From Actinomycetota bacterium (GTDB taxonomy: Bacteria; Actinomycetota; Actinomycetes; Actinomycetales; Microbacteriaceae), in assembly GCA_046046195.1 (NCBI GenBank), contig JBJOKH010000010.1, positions 2,837 to 66,836 of the forward strand: 64,000 nucleotides of DNA, in the 5' to 3' direction. Made by a program: the position numbers and the translations under genes. Below are positions 44,590 to 55,679 of the stretch, one piece after another. Position 1 is the first letter of the stretch. Each line of letters starts with the position of its first letter. Under the pieces are notes generated by a model. That model was not told where the DNA came from. It saw only the letters and a list, made by a program, of their open reading frames with translations, and did not search any database.

Positions 44590-44638
44590 TTAAAGCTGTT
44601 GGGTACTCATTTCGAGATACTCATTTGATTTCCAACAT
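44590..44638 (-). other. Chain of three AUGA-overlapping mini-ORFs (MLEIK, MSISK, MSTQQL) in the infB leader
   Basis: ATG TTG GAA ATC AAA TGA (44638-44621); ATG AGT ATC TCG AAA TGA (44624-44607); ATG AGT ACC CAA CAG CTT TAA (44610-44590). Confidence 0.65.
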
Positions 44639-44745
44639 CTTTTCTGCCTACTTCTTATTGATAAAGGGTTCAAACCCAATTGACCATTTGGTCCGTGGCA
44701 ACTAAACCACCAAAGGCCAGTCTAGGCCCAAACCCCCGAAACGCT

Positions 44746-45723
44746 CTAGTCGTCTTCCAAAATACTGTCGGGCTGGATGTCGATCTTGGCTCCGGTCAGC
44801 TTGGCTGCCAGCCTGGCATTCTGGCCTTCTTTTCCAATTGCCAGCGACAGCTGGAAATCAGGCACCAGGACCCTGACCTGCCTATCCTCAGCGTTGATAA
44901 TAAATGAGTCGGACACCTTAGCTGGTGAAAGTGCGTGAGCCACAAACTCTGGCAAATCCTCTGAGAAATCCACTATGTCAATTTTTTCGTCGTTCAGTTC
45001 GTTTTGTACGGCACGAACCCTCTGGCCCAGCTCACCGATGCAGGCTCCCTTTGCATTGACGGCCGGATCGTTCGCGCGAACCGCGATCTTGGTGCGGTGA
45101 CCTGCTTCTCGGGCAACCGAGACAATTTCAACAACACCATCGGCAATTTCAGGAACCTCCATGGCAAAGAGCTTTCGCACCAATCCCGGGTGAGTTCTGG
45201 AGACTGTGACCTGAGGACCCTTGGTGCCCTTGGAAACGTTAGTGACGTATACCCTGATTCGCTTGCCGTGTGAATAGTCCTCGCCTGGAACTTGTTCTTC
45301 GGGAGGCATGATTGCTTCGATTGAACCAAGGTCTACGTAGACCATGTATGAACGCTGGCCCTGCTGAATGGTTCCTGCGACAATATCGCCGTCTTTGCCC
45401 TTGAACTCTCCAAAGAGTCCTTCATCATTGATGTCGCGAAGTCGGGAGGCAATGACCTGCTTTGCTGCACTGGCTGCAATTCGACCGAAGCCATCTGGAG
45501 TGACTTCAGCTTCTGGCGCTTCATTGCCCTCTTCATCAACCTTGATTGCAAAAATCTGAACGTGACCTGTTTTCTGGTCCAGGACTGCTCGCGCTTTATC
45601 GGTATTTCCTGCGCTGCGTTGGTAAGCGGCCAGAATTGCGGCCTCGATTATTTCTACGAGCTCCTTGAAAGGAATCTCTTTTTCGCGCTCGAGTACTTTG
45701 AGTACACTCAGGTCGATATCCAT
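44746..45723 (-). CDS. nusA: Transcription termination/antitermination factor NusA
   Basis: FGRIAA..AKQ, AREAGHRTK, LSLAIGKEGQNARLA; start MDIDL (45723) with GGAGG SD. Confidence 0.97.
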   Translation of the reverse strand: MDIDLSVLKVLEREKEIPFKELVEIIEAAILAAYQRSAGNTDKARAVLDQKTGHVQIFAIKVDEEGNEAPEAEVTPDGFGRIAASAAKQVIASRLRDINDEGLFGEFKGKDGDIVAGTIQQGQRSYMVYVDLGSIEAIMPPEEQVPGEDYSHGKRIRVYVTNVSKGTKGPQVTVSRTHPGLVRKLFAMEVPEIADGVVEIVSVAREAGHRTKIAVRANDPAVNAKGACIGELGQRVRAVQNELNDEKIDIVDFSEDLPEFVAHALSPAKVSDSFIINAEDRQVRVLVPDFQLSLAIGKEGQNARLAAKLTGAKIDIQPDSILEDD

Positions 45724-45744
45724 CGACGACACCTCCAAACGCTA

Positions 45745-47505
45745 TTAAATTTCAGATAAGGCTGATTCTAGCTTGATAGAACGCCTTTCCCCACTCCTGC
45801 GATTCCATAGCTCGACCTCACCGGTTTCGAGACCCTTTCCGACAATCAAAACCTTAGGAACACCCAGCAGTTCGGCATCCGAGAACTTAACCCCAGGGGA
45901 AACTTTGGCTCGGTCATCTAGCAAAACTGTTTTGCCAGTTGACTCAATTTCAGCTGCCAGTTTTTCAGCGGCAACAAAAACTGCGTCATCTTTGCCAGCG
46001 GCGACCACATGCACATCAGCAGGAGCCACGGACTCTGGCCAAATGAGACCCTTGTCATCGTTGTTTGCCTCTGCCAAAACTGCAACCAGACGGGTCACTC
46101 CAATGCCGTAAGACCCCATTGTCACGGTGACAAGTTTTCCGTTTTCATCAAGAACCTTTAGATCAAGTGCCTCGGCATACTTTCTTCCAAGCTGGAACAC
46201 GTGACCAATTTCGATTCCGCGCGCAAGTTCAAGCGGACCTGAACCATCTGGGGCTTGATCGCCGGCCCTGACTTCAGCGATGTCGCAAATGCCATCCGAT
46301 TCAAAGTCTCGCCCTGCCACAAGATGAAACACGTGCTTTTGGTCAACGTTTGCGCCGGTTATCCATGAAGTGCCGCGTACAACTCTTGGATCTAGCAAAT
46401 ACTTGATGCCTGCTGTTGCCTTCTCGCCAAGGAACTGTTTTCCATCCTTGGTTGGACCGATGTATCCCCTGACCAACGCGGGGTACTTTGCGAAGTCTTC
46501 TTCGGTTGCTTGAGAAACCTCACTTGGTGAAAAGGCTGCTTCAGCTCTTTTTTCGTCGACTTCCCTATCTCCTGGAATTCCAACAATCACAAGAGATCTC
46601 TTACCCTCTGGTGAAGTAAGAGCGAGAACTACGTTCTTCAAGGTGTCAGCTGCATTCCATGCCGAACCATCCGGCTTCTTAACCTTTGCGTTAGCTAAGT
46701 CAACCAAGGTCTTTATAGTCGGAGTATCTGGAGAGTCGTGTACCTCGGCAGCAGGTTGGGAACCAATTTCAATTTCCTTTGGTGCAACCGTTGTAACTGC
46801 CTCGACGTTGGCAGCGTATCCGCCAGCAGATCTAACAAAAGTGTCTTCGCCAATTGGTGAAGGTGAAAGGAATTCTTCCGACTTAGATCCGCCCATGGCG
46901 CCAGCGTCAGCTTTGACAATTACGTAGTCAACACCCAGTCTTGTAAATATGCGTTCGTAGGCAGCTCGCTGAGCCTGGTAAGAAACCTCAAGACCTTCGT
47001 CGTTCACGTCAAAGCTGTAAGCATCCTTCATAACAAACTCACGCCCGCGAAGAAGACCAGCTCTTGGTCTTGCCTCGTCACGGTATTTGTTTTGAATCTG
47101 ATACAGGGAAAGCGGAAGGTCTTTGTAGCTGGAATACATGTCCTTTACGAGCAGTGTGAAAACTTCCTCGTGGGTCGGAGCCAAAAGATAATCTGCCTTT
47201 TTGCGGTCCTGGAGTCTAAAGAGATTGTCGCCATACTCGGTCCAGCGTCCGGTTGTTTCAAAAGGTTCCCTAGGCAAAAGGGCTGGAAAAAAAACTTCCT
47301 GCGAACCGGCGTTTGCCATCTCCTCGCGGACAATCTTTTCAATCTTTTCCTTGACCAGTAGCCCAAGTGGAAGCCAGGTATAGATACCTGGAGCTGCTCT
47401 GCGAATGTATCCGGCTCGAAGCAAAAGCTTGTGGCCTTGAACGTCAGCGTCGGACGGGTCCTCGCGAAGGGTGCGAAGGAACAGTTGACTTAGGCGGATA
47501 GGCAT
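45745..47505 (-). CDS. proS: Proline-tRNA ligase (with editing domain)
   Basis: [41 protein letters not shown]. Confidence 0.98.
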   Translation of the reverse strand: MPIRLSQLFLRTLREDPSDADVQGHKLLLRAGYIRRAAPGIYTWLPLGLLVKEKIEKIVREEMANAGSQEVFFPALLPREPFETTGRWTEYGDNLFRLQDRKKADYLLAPTHEEVFTLLVKDMYSSYKDLPLSLYQIQNKYRDEARPRAGLLRGREFVMKDAYSFDVNDEGLEVSYQAQRAAYERIFTRLGVDYVIVKADAGAMGGSKSEEFLSPSPIGEDTFVRSAGGYAANVEAVTTVAPKEIEIGSQPAAEVHDSPDTPTIKTLVDLANAKVKKPDGSAWNAADTLKNVVLALTSPEGKRSLVIVGIPGDREVDEKRAEAAFSPSEVSQATEEDFAKYPALVRGYIGPTKDGKQFLGEKATAGIKYLLDPRVVRGTSWITGANVDQKHVFHLVAGRDFESDGICDIAEVRAGDQAPDGSGPLELARGIEIGHVFQLGRKYAEALDLKVLDENGKLVTVTMGSYGIGVTRLVAVLAEANNDDKGLIWPESVAPADVHVVAAGKDDAVFVAAEKLAAEIESTGKTVLLDDRAKVSPGVKFSDAELLGVPKVLIVGKGLETGEVELWNRRSGERRSIKLESALSEI

Positions 47506-47530
47506 GGGGTCAATGTTACCGCCCGCGAGA

Positions 47531-48688
47531 CTACTTGTCCTTGACTACGACCTGCGGTGAGCCAATCAGAGCTGGATCCATCTCCGCTGCTAGGCGGTTG
47601 GCTTCCTCAATCAAGGTTGCGACGATCTCGCTTTCAGGAACAGTCTTGATGACTTCACCTTTCACAAAAATCTGCCCCTTGCCATTTCCAGAGGCAACGC
47701 CCAGGTCTGCTTCGCGAGCTTCACCCGGACCATTCACGACACAACCCATAACCGCAACGCGAAGTGGCACGGTTAGCTTTTCCAACCCTGCGGTGACATC
47801 ATTGGCAAGTTTGTAAACATCAACCTGAGCTCGACCACAACTTGGGCAGCTGACGATCTCTAGCTTTCTTGGACGCAGGTTCAGCGACTCTAGAATTTGA
47901 GAACCCACCTTCACCTCTTCTGCAGGTGGTGCCGAAAGTGAAACGCGGATGGTGTCACCGATTCCCTTGGCTAAAAGCGCACCGAAGGCAACCGAAGACT
48001 TGATGGTTCCCTGGAAGGAAGGTCCAGCCTCTGTGACTCCAAGGTGAAGCGGCCAGTCGCCGCGCTCAGCTAAAAGCTCATAGGCGCGAACCATCACCAC
48101 AGGGTCATTGTGCTTTACAGAAATCTTGAAGTCGTGGAAGTCGTGTTCTTCAAACAAGCTAGCTTCCCAAACTGCTGATTCAACAAGAGCCTCTGGTGTT
48201 GCCTTGCCGTACTTCTCCATCAATCTTGGATCCAAAGACCCTGCGTTTACACCGATACGAATCGAAACGCCCGCTGCTTTTGCGGCCTTAGCAATTTCAC
48301 CCACGTGGCCGTCGAACTGTCTGATGTTTCCTGGGTTTACTCGAACCGCTCCACAACCTGCATCAATTGCCTGGAAAACGTACCTCGACTGGAAATGAAT
48401 GTCTGCAATTACCGGAATCTGTGATTTCTTTGCGATGATGTGTAGCACGTCGGCGTCGTCTTGGGAAGGGCAGGCAACGCGAACAATGTCACAACCGGAT
48501 GCTGTCAGTTCAGCAATCTGCTGCAGAGTTCCATTGATGTCTGTGGTTGGAGTTGTAGTCATCGACTGCACCGAAATCGGAGCCTCGGATCCAACCTGTA
48601 CTTTACCGACCATGATCTGACGAGTTTTGCGCCTAGGGGCAAGAACTGGTGGTGGTGGCTTTGGGAGTCCAAGATTTACGGCTGGCAC
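47531..48688 (-). CDS. ispG: HMBPP synthase (MEP pathway)
   Basis: [27 protein letters not shown]. Confidence 0.97.
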   Translation of the reverse strand: MPAVNLGLPKPPPPVLAPRRKTRQIMVGKVQVGSEAPISVQSMTTTPTTDINGTLQQIAELTASGCDIVRVACPSQDDADVLHIIAKKSQIPVIADIHFQSRYVFQAIDAGCGAVRVNPGNIRQFDGHVGEIAKAAKAAGVSIRIGVNAGSLDPRLMEKYGKATPEALVESAVWEASLFEEHDFHDFKISVKHNDPVVMVRAYELLAERGDWPLHLGVTEAGPSFQGTIKSSVAFGALLAKGIGDTIRVSLSAPPAEEVKVGSQILESLNLRPRKLEIVSCPSCGRAQVDVYKLANDVTAGLEKLTVPLRVAVMGCVVNGPGEAREADLGVASGNGKGQIFVKGEVIKTVPESEIVATLIEEANRLAAEMDPALIGSPQVVVKDK

Positions 48689-48754
48689 AATGCTCCTTGC
48701 ATTTCTAACGCATCTCTATAAAGCATAAGGACTAATTCCAGATTCCTCCAAGCG

Positions 48755-50056
48755 CTAGCCAAACAGCGAGATTGGATTCACCAAATCCGCAGTAATCAGC
48801 AATGCAGACACCAGCAGTAAGGCAATAAACACGAAGTAAGTGAGTGGCATCAGTAAGGCTGTGTCGGCTGGACCCGGATCTTTCTTTCCAGCGATTCTGA
48901 AAGCGGCTCGCTTGATGCTCTCGTAAATACCTCCGGCTACGTGTCCCCCATCAAGAGGCAGTAGCGGAATCAGGTTGAAAACAAAAAGAGCAAAGTTCAG
49001 TGAACCAAGGATTTGAATCCCGGTTGCGAGCTTGTCGGCGAAACCGGATTGCTCGCTGGCTGCGACCTCACCTGCGACCTGACCGATTCCTACGATTGAA
49101 ATGGGCCCATTAGGGTCACGCTCTCCCCCTCCAAAAGTTATTGCCGTCACCTCAATTACTTCTTGAGGAAGTCTCAAAATCAATTCACCGATTTGGGCAA
49201 TGGTTTGGCCTGACGCCTCAAAAGATTTGGCAAGCGGAAGTGGCTTGCGCTCGGGAGCTAGGAACACACCAAGGAATGGCTGAGGGGCATAAACAATGTC
49301 CCCTGCTTCGTCGAGAATCGGTGACCCAAGCGAATCAAACTGCGGACGCTGTTGAATAACAGCTGTCACGGTCAACTTCACTGTTTGGCCATCACGCAGA
49401 ACTTCAAACTCTGCAGTTGGGGTCTCGGTCAGGATCTCTCTTATTTGCGACCAGTCTTGAGCCTTCACACCAGCCACCGAAACCACCTGATCTCCTGGCC
49501 TCAAACCTGCAACGTGGGCCGGAGTTTGCTGATCCGCCGAACACTGGATGCTCTTGTTATCCAAACAAACCGAAACCTGGTCAATAGTTAGCGAGCTCTG
49601 ATAAACACCAAAACCAGTAAGCGCGATTGCGGTGAGTAGAACGCCCAAAACCAGGTTCATGAAGGGACCACCGAGCATGATGATCATTCGCTTACCAACC
49701 GGTAGTTGGTAAAACTTTCGCTTGGCATCGGCGGCAGTCTCATTTTCAGAGTGGGCGAGCCTAGCCTGAGTAATCATGTCCCTGAAAAAGCCAGTCTTGG
49801 TTTCTGGTTTTTTAGCAGGTGGATACATTCCCAACATCGCAATGTATCCGCCGAGTGGAAAGGCTTTTATTCCATACTCGGTCTCTCCGACTTTCCGAGA
49901 GTAAAGAGTCGGGCCAAAGCCAATCATGTACTTAGTGACTTTTACGCCAAAGAGTTTCGCGGGAACCAAGTGACCGATTTCGTGAATACCAATTGAAACA
50001 CCGATACCAAGCACGATGAATACAATGCCTGCGATATACAGAAGGGTTTCACTCAC
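48755..50056 (-). CDS. M50 intramembrane zinc protease with PDZ domain (RseP/Rip1)
   Basis: HEIGH and NLIPLLPLDGGH motifs, PDZ; between dxr and ispG. Confidence 0.93.
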   Translation of the reverse strand: MSETLLYIAGIVFIVLGIGVSIGIHEIGHLVPAKLFGVKVTKYMIGFGPTLYSRKVGETEYGIKAFPLGGYIAMLGMYPPAKKPETKTGFFRDMITQARLAHSENETAADAKRKFYQLPVGKRMIIMLGGPFMNLVLGVLLTAIALTGFGVYQSSLTIDQVSVCLDNKSIQCSADQQTPAHVAGLRPGDQVVSVAGVKAQDWSQIREILTETPTAEFEVLRDGQTVKLTVTAVIQQRPQFDSLGSPILDEAGDIVYAPQPFLGVFLAPERKPLPLAKSFEASGQTIAQIGELILRLPQEVIEVTAITFGGGERDPNGPISIVGIGQVAGEVAASEQSGFADKLATGIQILGSLNFALFVFNLIPLLPLDGGHVAGGIYESIKRAAFRIAGKKDPGPADTALLMPLTYFVFIALLLVSALLITADLVNPISLFG

Positions 50057-50117
50057 GAAAACAAACCTAACTCAAGCCGCTTGAGTTTTGATGGTTCCTC
50101 AACCGATTCTGGGGAAA

Positions 50118-51209
50118 CTAACAGGCCTTGGCAATCTGGGCGTCGGTTCTATCCCTCGCCCACTTCTCGGCAGCCAAAAGCGATTCCAAGGTGAGCTCTG
50201 GCTCAGGCTGGTGTGCATCAACCGCGCGCTCGATCAACTCAGTAATTTGATCGAAAGAAATTGCTCCCTGGTGAAAAGCCAACACAGCTTGTTCGTTTGC
50301 AGCGTTGTAAACAGCTGGGTAGCTCTTCCCAGAAGTTCCAACCTGCCGAGCAAGTCGTACCGCACTGAAAACTGTTTCATCCAGGGGCTCAAATTGCCAG
50401 CTGTGAGATTTTGTCCAATCCACCGGATTTGAAACTTTATCCAGGCGATCTGGCCAGGAAAGACCCAGTGCAATCGGAAGCTTCATATCAGGTGGCGACG
50501 CCTGGGCGATTACCGAACCATCCACAAACTCAACCATGGAGTGAACTACCGACTGCGGGTGAACTGTGACCTCGATGCGGTCAAAGGGAATGTTAAAAAG
50601 CAAGTGCGCCTCAATCAGCTCAAGACCCTTGTTCACCAAAGATGCAGAGTTGGTTGTCACGACCTGGCCCATCACCCAAGTTGGATGGGCAAGCGCTTGA
50701 GCCGGAGTGACTTTCGAAAGCTGTTCTTTAGTGAATCCACGAAATGGTCCGCCGGAGGCGGTCAGGATAAGTTTTCTTACCTCTGTGGCTGAACCAGACC
50801 TGAGGCACTGTGCAATCGCTGAATGCTCGGAATCAACCGGAACAATTTGACCCGGCTTGGCAAGGCTGGTCACAAGTTCGCCACCAACAATCAAAGACTC
50901 TTTGTTTGCGAGCGCCAAGGTCTTTCCGGTGCGAAGCGCTGCCAAAGTCGGAGCCAAACCAATAGATCCGGTTATTCCGTTGATGACAACATCGGCCTCA
51001 GTTTCCTCAACCAAAACCGTTGCAGCCTGAGCCCCGAGAACTGCCTTCGATTCCGGAAGTAAGAAGTGAGCTCTTTGAGCATCAAGGCTTTCGGCGTTAG
51101 AACCTGCCGATAGTCCGACAACTTTGAACTTGTCAGGGTTTTTGTCGATGACCTCAATGGCCTGGGTTCCGATAGACCCCGTGGACCCAAGGATTATGAC
51201 TCGGCGCAT
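50118..51209 (-). CDS. dxr: 1-deoxy-D-xylulose-5-phosphate reductoisomerase
   Basis: [30 protein letters not shown]. Confidence 0.97.
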   Translation of the reverse strand: MRRVIILGSTGSIGTQAIEVIDKNPDKFKVVGLSAGSNAESLDAQRAHFLLPESKAVLGAQAATVLVEETEADVVINGITGSIGLAPTLAALRTGKTLALANKESLIVGGELVTSLAKPGQIVPVDSEHSAIAQCLRSGSATEVRKLILTASGGPFRGFTKEQLSKVTPAQALAHPTWVMGQVVTTNSASLVNKGLELIEAHLLFNIPFDRIEVTVHPQSVVHSMVEFVDGSVIAQASPPDMKLPIALGLSWPDRLDKVSNPVDWTKSHSWQFEPLDETVFSAVRLARQVGTSGKSYPAVYNAANEQAVLAFHQGAISFDQITELIERAVDAHQPEPELTLESLLAAEKWARDRTDAQIAKAC

Positions 51210-51262
51210 TTACCCATATTGGCATGCCAGAGCCTCTAAATGGACAGGGGTAGAATCGACCC

Positions 51263-52597
51263 ATGACCACACTAGAAATCACCCAAGAACGCAAACTAGT
51301 CACTGCAATTCCAGGACCTAAGTCCTCTGAACTTCACAAGAAGAAGCAGCAAGAAGTCAGCAACGGTGTTGGAACCTTGCTACCGGTATACATCGACCGC
51401 GCTCACGGCGCCATTTTGGTAGATGTCGACGGCAATCAACTAATTGACCTCGGTAGCGGAATTGGTGTTGTGACCATCGGACACACCAATAGTCAAGTGG
51501 TCGACGCCGTTATGGAGCAGGTCCAGAAGCTAACCCACACTCTCTTTACTGTCACCCCATACGTTCCTTACGTTCAGGTCTGCGAAATTCTGAACCGTCA
51601 CACGCCAGGCAAGTTCGAAAAGCGCTCTGCGCTTTTTAACTCAGGAGCCGAAGCTGTAGAAAACGCTGTGAAGATTGCCCGCAAGCACACTGGTCGCGGC
51701 GAGATCGCAGTGTTTGACCACGCCTACCACGGCCGCACCAACTTGACCATGGCCATGAACTTCAAGGCCCACCCATACAACACTGGCTTCGGGCCATTTG
51801 CGCCAGCAGTGACCCACGTTCCGATGTCCTATCCTTTCCGCGACCCTGAGGGCATGACCGGTGAAGAGGCAGCAAGACGCGCCATCACATACATGGAAAA
51901 GAGAGTCGGCGCCGAATCATTTGCAGCTGTTGTTATCGAACCAGTGCAGGGTGAAGGTGGATTCATCGTTCCAGCTCCTGGATTCCTTAGAACAATCGCC
52001 GAATGGGCGAAGAAGAACGGCATCGTGATGATCGCCGACGAAGTTCAATCAGGTATTGCAAGAACTGGTAAGTGGTTTGCCAGCGAATGGGAAGATGGCT
52101 TCGAGCCTGACCTTGTAATCATCGCTAAAGGTATTGCAGGCGGTATGCCGATTTCCGCAGTCACCGGTAGAGCTGAAATCATGGATGCTTCTCACCCCGG
52201 CGGACTTGGAGGAACCTACGGCGGTAACCCAGTTGCTGCTGCAGCCGCAGTTGCAGTTCTCAGCCAGCTAGAAGCTGGCGGAGTATTGGAGCAGGCCGAG
52301 CGTATCGAGAGAATTCTTCGCCCGCGTCTTGAAGCAATGAAGGCCAAGTACCCAGTCATGGGAGATGTTCGCGGCCGCGGAGCGATGCAGGCAATTGAGT
52401 TTGTCGAGCCAGGAACCATGAACCCTAATCCGAAGGCTGTTGAGCTTGTGTCAAAGCACGCTCACACCAACGGCGTAGTGGTCTTGTCAGCTGGAACTTA
52501 TGGAAACGTAATTCGATTCCTTCCACCGCTTGCGATCAGCGATGAACTTCTAAATGAGGCCCTCGATGTTGTAGAGGCTGGAATCGCAGCCCTCTAA
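51263..52597 (+). CDS. gabT: 4-aminobutyrate--2-oxoglutarate aminotransferase
   Basis: NSGAEAVENAVK, YHGRT, EPVQGEGG, DEVQSG, AKG, GGTYGGNP. Confidence 0.88.
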   Translation: MTTLEITQERKLVTAIPGPKSSELHKKKQQEVSNGVGTLLPVYIDRAHGAILVDVDGNQLIDLGSGIGVVTIGHTNSQVVDAVMEQVQKLTHTLFTVTPYVPYVQVCEILNRHTPGKFEKRSALFNSGAEAVENAVKIARKHTGRGEIAVFDHAYHGRTNLTMAMNFKAHPYNTGFGPFAPAVTHVPMSYPFRDPEGMTGEEAARRAITYMEKRVGAESFAAVVIEPVQGEGGFIVPAPGFLRTIAEWAKKNGIVMIADEVQSGIARTGKWFASEWEDGFEPDLVIIAKGIAGGMPISAVTGRAEIMDASHPGGLGGTYGGNPVAAAAAVAVLSQLEAGGVLEQAERIERILRPRLEAMKAKYPVMGDVRGRGAMQAIEFVEPGTMNPNPKAVELVSKHAHTNGVVVLSAGTYGNVIRFLPPLAISDELLNEALDVVEAGIAAL

Positions 52598-52615
52598 GCG
52601 AGGAACATACCAATC

Positions 52616-53974
52616 ATGACTTCCTTTTCTGATCCTGCGCGCCTAAAAAAGCTCTTCGACGAGGAAGTCAGCCTCTTCGAAAAACGGCATCCTGAATCCA
52701 AAAAGCTTCACCTAAAGTCAACCGGTCCCATGATGAATGGTGTTCCGATGTCATGGATGGCTAAGTGGCCAGGACCGTACCCGGTTTACGTAAGTAGTGC
52801 CAAGGGTGCTCACTTCAGTGACGTGGATGGAAATGACTACGTCGACTTCTGTCTTGGGGACACCGGTGCCATGGTTGGCCACTCCCCCGATGCTTCGATT
52901 CAGGCCATCAAGAACCAGTTGGACAAGGGCATTACCTTCATGCTGCCCACCGAGGATGCCGCGGTTGCGGCTCAAACGCTGGCTGACCGCTTCGGCGTTG
53001 ATAAATGGCAGTTCACTCTTACCGCTACCGACGCAAATCGACACATCATCCGCTACGCCAGACACATCACCGGTCGCAAAAAGATCATGATTCATGATTA
53101 CTGCTACCACGGAACGGTGGATGAGACTTTCGCCAACCTAGACGAGCAGGGCAACACAGTTGAGCGCGTGAACAACATCGGTGCACCCATCGAACTAGGC
53201 CACACCACATGGGTGGTTCCCTTCAATGATCTAGCCGCAGCGGAAAAAGCCTTTGCTTCAGGCGAGGTGGCAGCTGCGTTGATCGAGCCAGCAATGACCA
53301 ACATCGGAATCGTGCTACCTGAGCCGGGCTACCTTGAGGGTCTTCGGGAGCTAGCAACCAAGTACGACGTGATCTTGATTCACGATGAAACTCACACGCT
53401 TTCAGAAGGCGTTGGAGGAATGACCAGGCGTCGCAATCTCAAGCCAGATGCAGTTGTGCTTGGAAAAACTATCGGGGCTGGAATTCCAGCCGGAGCCTTT
53501 GGAATGACCAAGGCACTTGCCGAGCGAATTGCAGCCAGCTTGCACCTAGAACACATTGACGTGGGCGGAGTTGGCGGAACTCTTGCCGGAAATGCGCTTT
53601 CCATGGCTGCCGTTCGGGCAACCCTTACCCAGGTACTGACAGAAGACGCCTTCAAGAAGATGGAAGAACTCTGCTCGGTCTGGACCAAGGACGTTCAGGA
53701 AATCATCGATGAGTACCAGATTCCTTGGCAGGTTTCACAACTTGGATGCCGAGCTGAATACAGCTTTAGGGCAACCGCTCCTAGAACTGGCAAGGAAGCT
53801 GCAGACGCCGATGACTTTGAATTGCAGCAGTACCTGCACCTGCACGCTCTAAACCGCGGCATTCTGATGACGCCGTTTCACAACATGGCTCTGATTTCGC
53901 CAACTACGACATTGGAAGATGTGAAGCGTCACACCGAACACTTCAGGGATGCTGCGAAAGCGCTATTTACTTAA
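52616..53974 (+). CDS. Class-III PLP aminotransferase (GSA-aminomutase-like subgroup), substrate unknown
   Basis: GVPMSWM, DFCLGD, CYHG, DETHT, LGK, GGTLAGN. Confidence 0.85.
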   Translation: MTSFSDPARLKKLFDEEVSLFEKRHPESKKLHLKSTGPMMNGVPMSWMAKWPGPYPVYVSSAKGAHFSDVDGNDYVDFCLGDTGAMVGHSPDASIQAIKNQLDKGITFMLPTEDAAVAAQTLADRFGVDKWQFTLTATDANRHIIRYARHITGRKKIMIHDYCYHGTVDETFANLDEQGNTVERVNNIGAPIELGHTTWVVPFNDLAAAEKAFASGEVAAALIEPAMTNIGIVLPEPGYLEGLRELATKYDVILIHDETHTLSEGVGGMTRRRNLKPDAVVLGKTIGAGIPAGAFGMTKALAERIAASLHLEHIDVGGVGGTLAGNALSMAAVRATLTQVLTEDAFKKMEELCSVWTKDVQEIIDEYQIPWQVSQLGCRAEYSFRATAPRTGKEAADADDFELQQYLHLHALNRGILMTPFHNMALISPTTTLEDVKRHTEHFRDAAKALFT

Positions 53975-54770
53975 GCTTCGCAAGCCTTTTGCGCTTTAGC
54001 GCTCCACCTAACTGGAATACCAGTACGAGGGCAATAGCGAAGAAGAACACAGCGGAACCAATAACGTTAGCCTCCGGCGGAATACCTCGAAGAGCTGCCG
54101 CGTAAACATACTTCGGGAATGTGATTTCCGTTCCGGCATTGAAGGCAGTGACGATGTAGTCATCGAAACTTAATGCCAGTGAAAGTAAGGCTGCGGCCAT
54201 GATTCCAGGAAGCAGAAGCGGAAGAGTAATCTTTATAAACACTTGAGTCGGTGGCGCATAGAGGTCGCGGCCTGCTTCTTCTAGCTTTGGATCAAGAGTT
54301 GCGATACGCGCTTTCACGGTGACAACCACAAAGCTGAGTGTGAAGAGAATGTGACCCACGATGATGGTTCCCATGCCTCTAGGGATACCGACATTGAAGA
54401 ACTGAGCTGCAAGCCCTGCCCCCATTACTACTTCGGGGGTAGCAAGAGGCAGGAATAGAAGAAGGTTCGTTGCGGATCTGAACTTGAACTCATAGCGGCT
54501 TACGGCGATAGCCAGCATTGTCCCAAGAACCGTGGAAACGATAGTTGCCGTAACTGCAATCAGAACTGAGTTACCAAATGCCTCACAAACCGCCTCGTTG
54601 TTGCAAACACCGGTCCAGTTGTCAAAGGTAAAGCCCTGCCATCCCGGGGTGTTCTTAAACGGATCGTTGAATGAAAAGACAAAAGTGTATGCAATTGGGA
54701 ACATCAGGAAGATAAACGCCAAGACCACATAGGTCGGAAGCAGGTACTTACCCAAGCTGAAGCGCTTCAA
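53967..54770 (-). CDS. potC: Polyamine ABC transporter permease (PotC-like)
   Basis: FSFN, LEEAGRDLYA EAA loop, SFDD. Confidence 0.85.
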   Translation of the reverse strand: MKRFSLGKYLLPTYVVLAFIFLMFPIAYTFVFSFNDPFKNTPGWQGFTFDNWTGVCNNEAVCEAFGNSVLIAVTATIVSTVLGTMLAIAVSRYEFKFRSATNLLLFLPLATPEVVMGAGLAAQFFNVGIPRGMGTIIVGHILFTLSFVVVTVKARIATLDPKLEEAGRDLYAPPTQVFIKITLPLLLPGIMAAALLSLALSFDDYIVTAFNAGTEITFPKYVYAAALRGIPPEANVIGSAVFFFAIALVLVFQLGGALKRKRLAKLK

Positions 54771-55675
54771 AGTAGGTCCTCCGTTCCAGTTCGCTTGATG
54801 TAAATCGAAATCAAAACCACGATTGCAGCCATTAGCAATACAGAAAGGGCTGAAGCGCTAGGGAAATCCTGAATTGTGATGTAGTTGGCCTCGATGACGT
54901 TTCCAAGCATCGAGGTATTTGGACTACCCAGGAAGTTTCCGCTTGCCGTTACGAAGTCACCTGCAACCGGAATAAAGGTCAAAAGCGTTCCGGAAGTGAT
55001 ACCAGGAATTGAGAGTGGGAATGTGACTTTCCAAAAAGTGCTGGTTGGATTTGCGTAGAGATCGCTACCTGCTTCAAGGAGGGCAGTATCCAAACGCTCC
55101 AGGTTTGTGTAGAGCGGCAAAGTCATAAATGGAATGAAGTTGTAGGTAAGACCAAAGACAACTGCGAAAGAGCTACCCAGTAGGAACTGGTCGTCCGCCA
55201 TCAGCCCTGTGTCGCGAAGAATTGTGGAGAGCCAGGAGTTCTGACCAAATACTTGTTTCCAAGCAAAAGTTCTAAGCAGGAAGCTGATAAAAAACGGTGC
55301 GATGACCAGAGTAAGTAGAAGCGCCTGTAGTACCGGACGGTTTCTGGCTTTCACCGCGATGAAATAGGCAATTGGGTAGCTGATTGCCAAAGCCAAAAGT
55401 GTGGCCAAGGTCGCGTAGATAAAAGACCTGATGATTTGATCCATGTACTCGGTCACTACAAATACATAGTTTCCGAACTCCAAGGCCGGCTGGTAAACGC
55501 CTATTCCCGCGCCAAGCACCGGAGCTTGAAGTGAGGTTGTAATCAGGGAGACGAAGGGAGTGATGAAAAACAGTCCCAGGTAAAAGATTCCAGGTAGCAA
55601 AAGAAGCAGAACAACTTTTGCGTTTCTTGGCTTCCCTGAGGTCTTTGCTTTCTTGACCAATACCTGGGTGGACAT
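54767..55675 (-). CDS. potB: Polyamine ABC transporter permease (PotB-like)
   Basis: YPIAY, PFMTLPLY, LLEAGSDLYA; start moved to MSTQ (55675) just after the potA stop. Confidence 0.85.
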   Translation of the reverse strand: MSTQVLVKKAKTSGKPRNAKVVLLLLLPGIFYLGLFFITPFVSLITTSLQAPVLGAGIGVYQPALEFGNYVFVVTEYMDQIIRSFIYATLATLLALAISYPIAYFIAVKARNRPVLQALLLTLVIAPFFISFLLRTFAWKQVFGQNSWLSTILRDTGLMADDQFLLGSSFAVVFGLTYNFIPFMTLPLYTNLERLDTALLEAGSDLYANPTSTFWKVTFPLSIPGITSGTLLTFIPVAGDFVTASGNFLGSPNTSMLGNVIEANYITIQDFPSASALSVLLMAAIVVLISIYIKRTGTEDLL

Positions 55676-55679
55676 GTAA

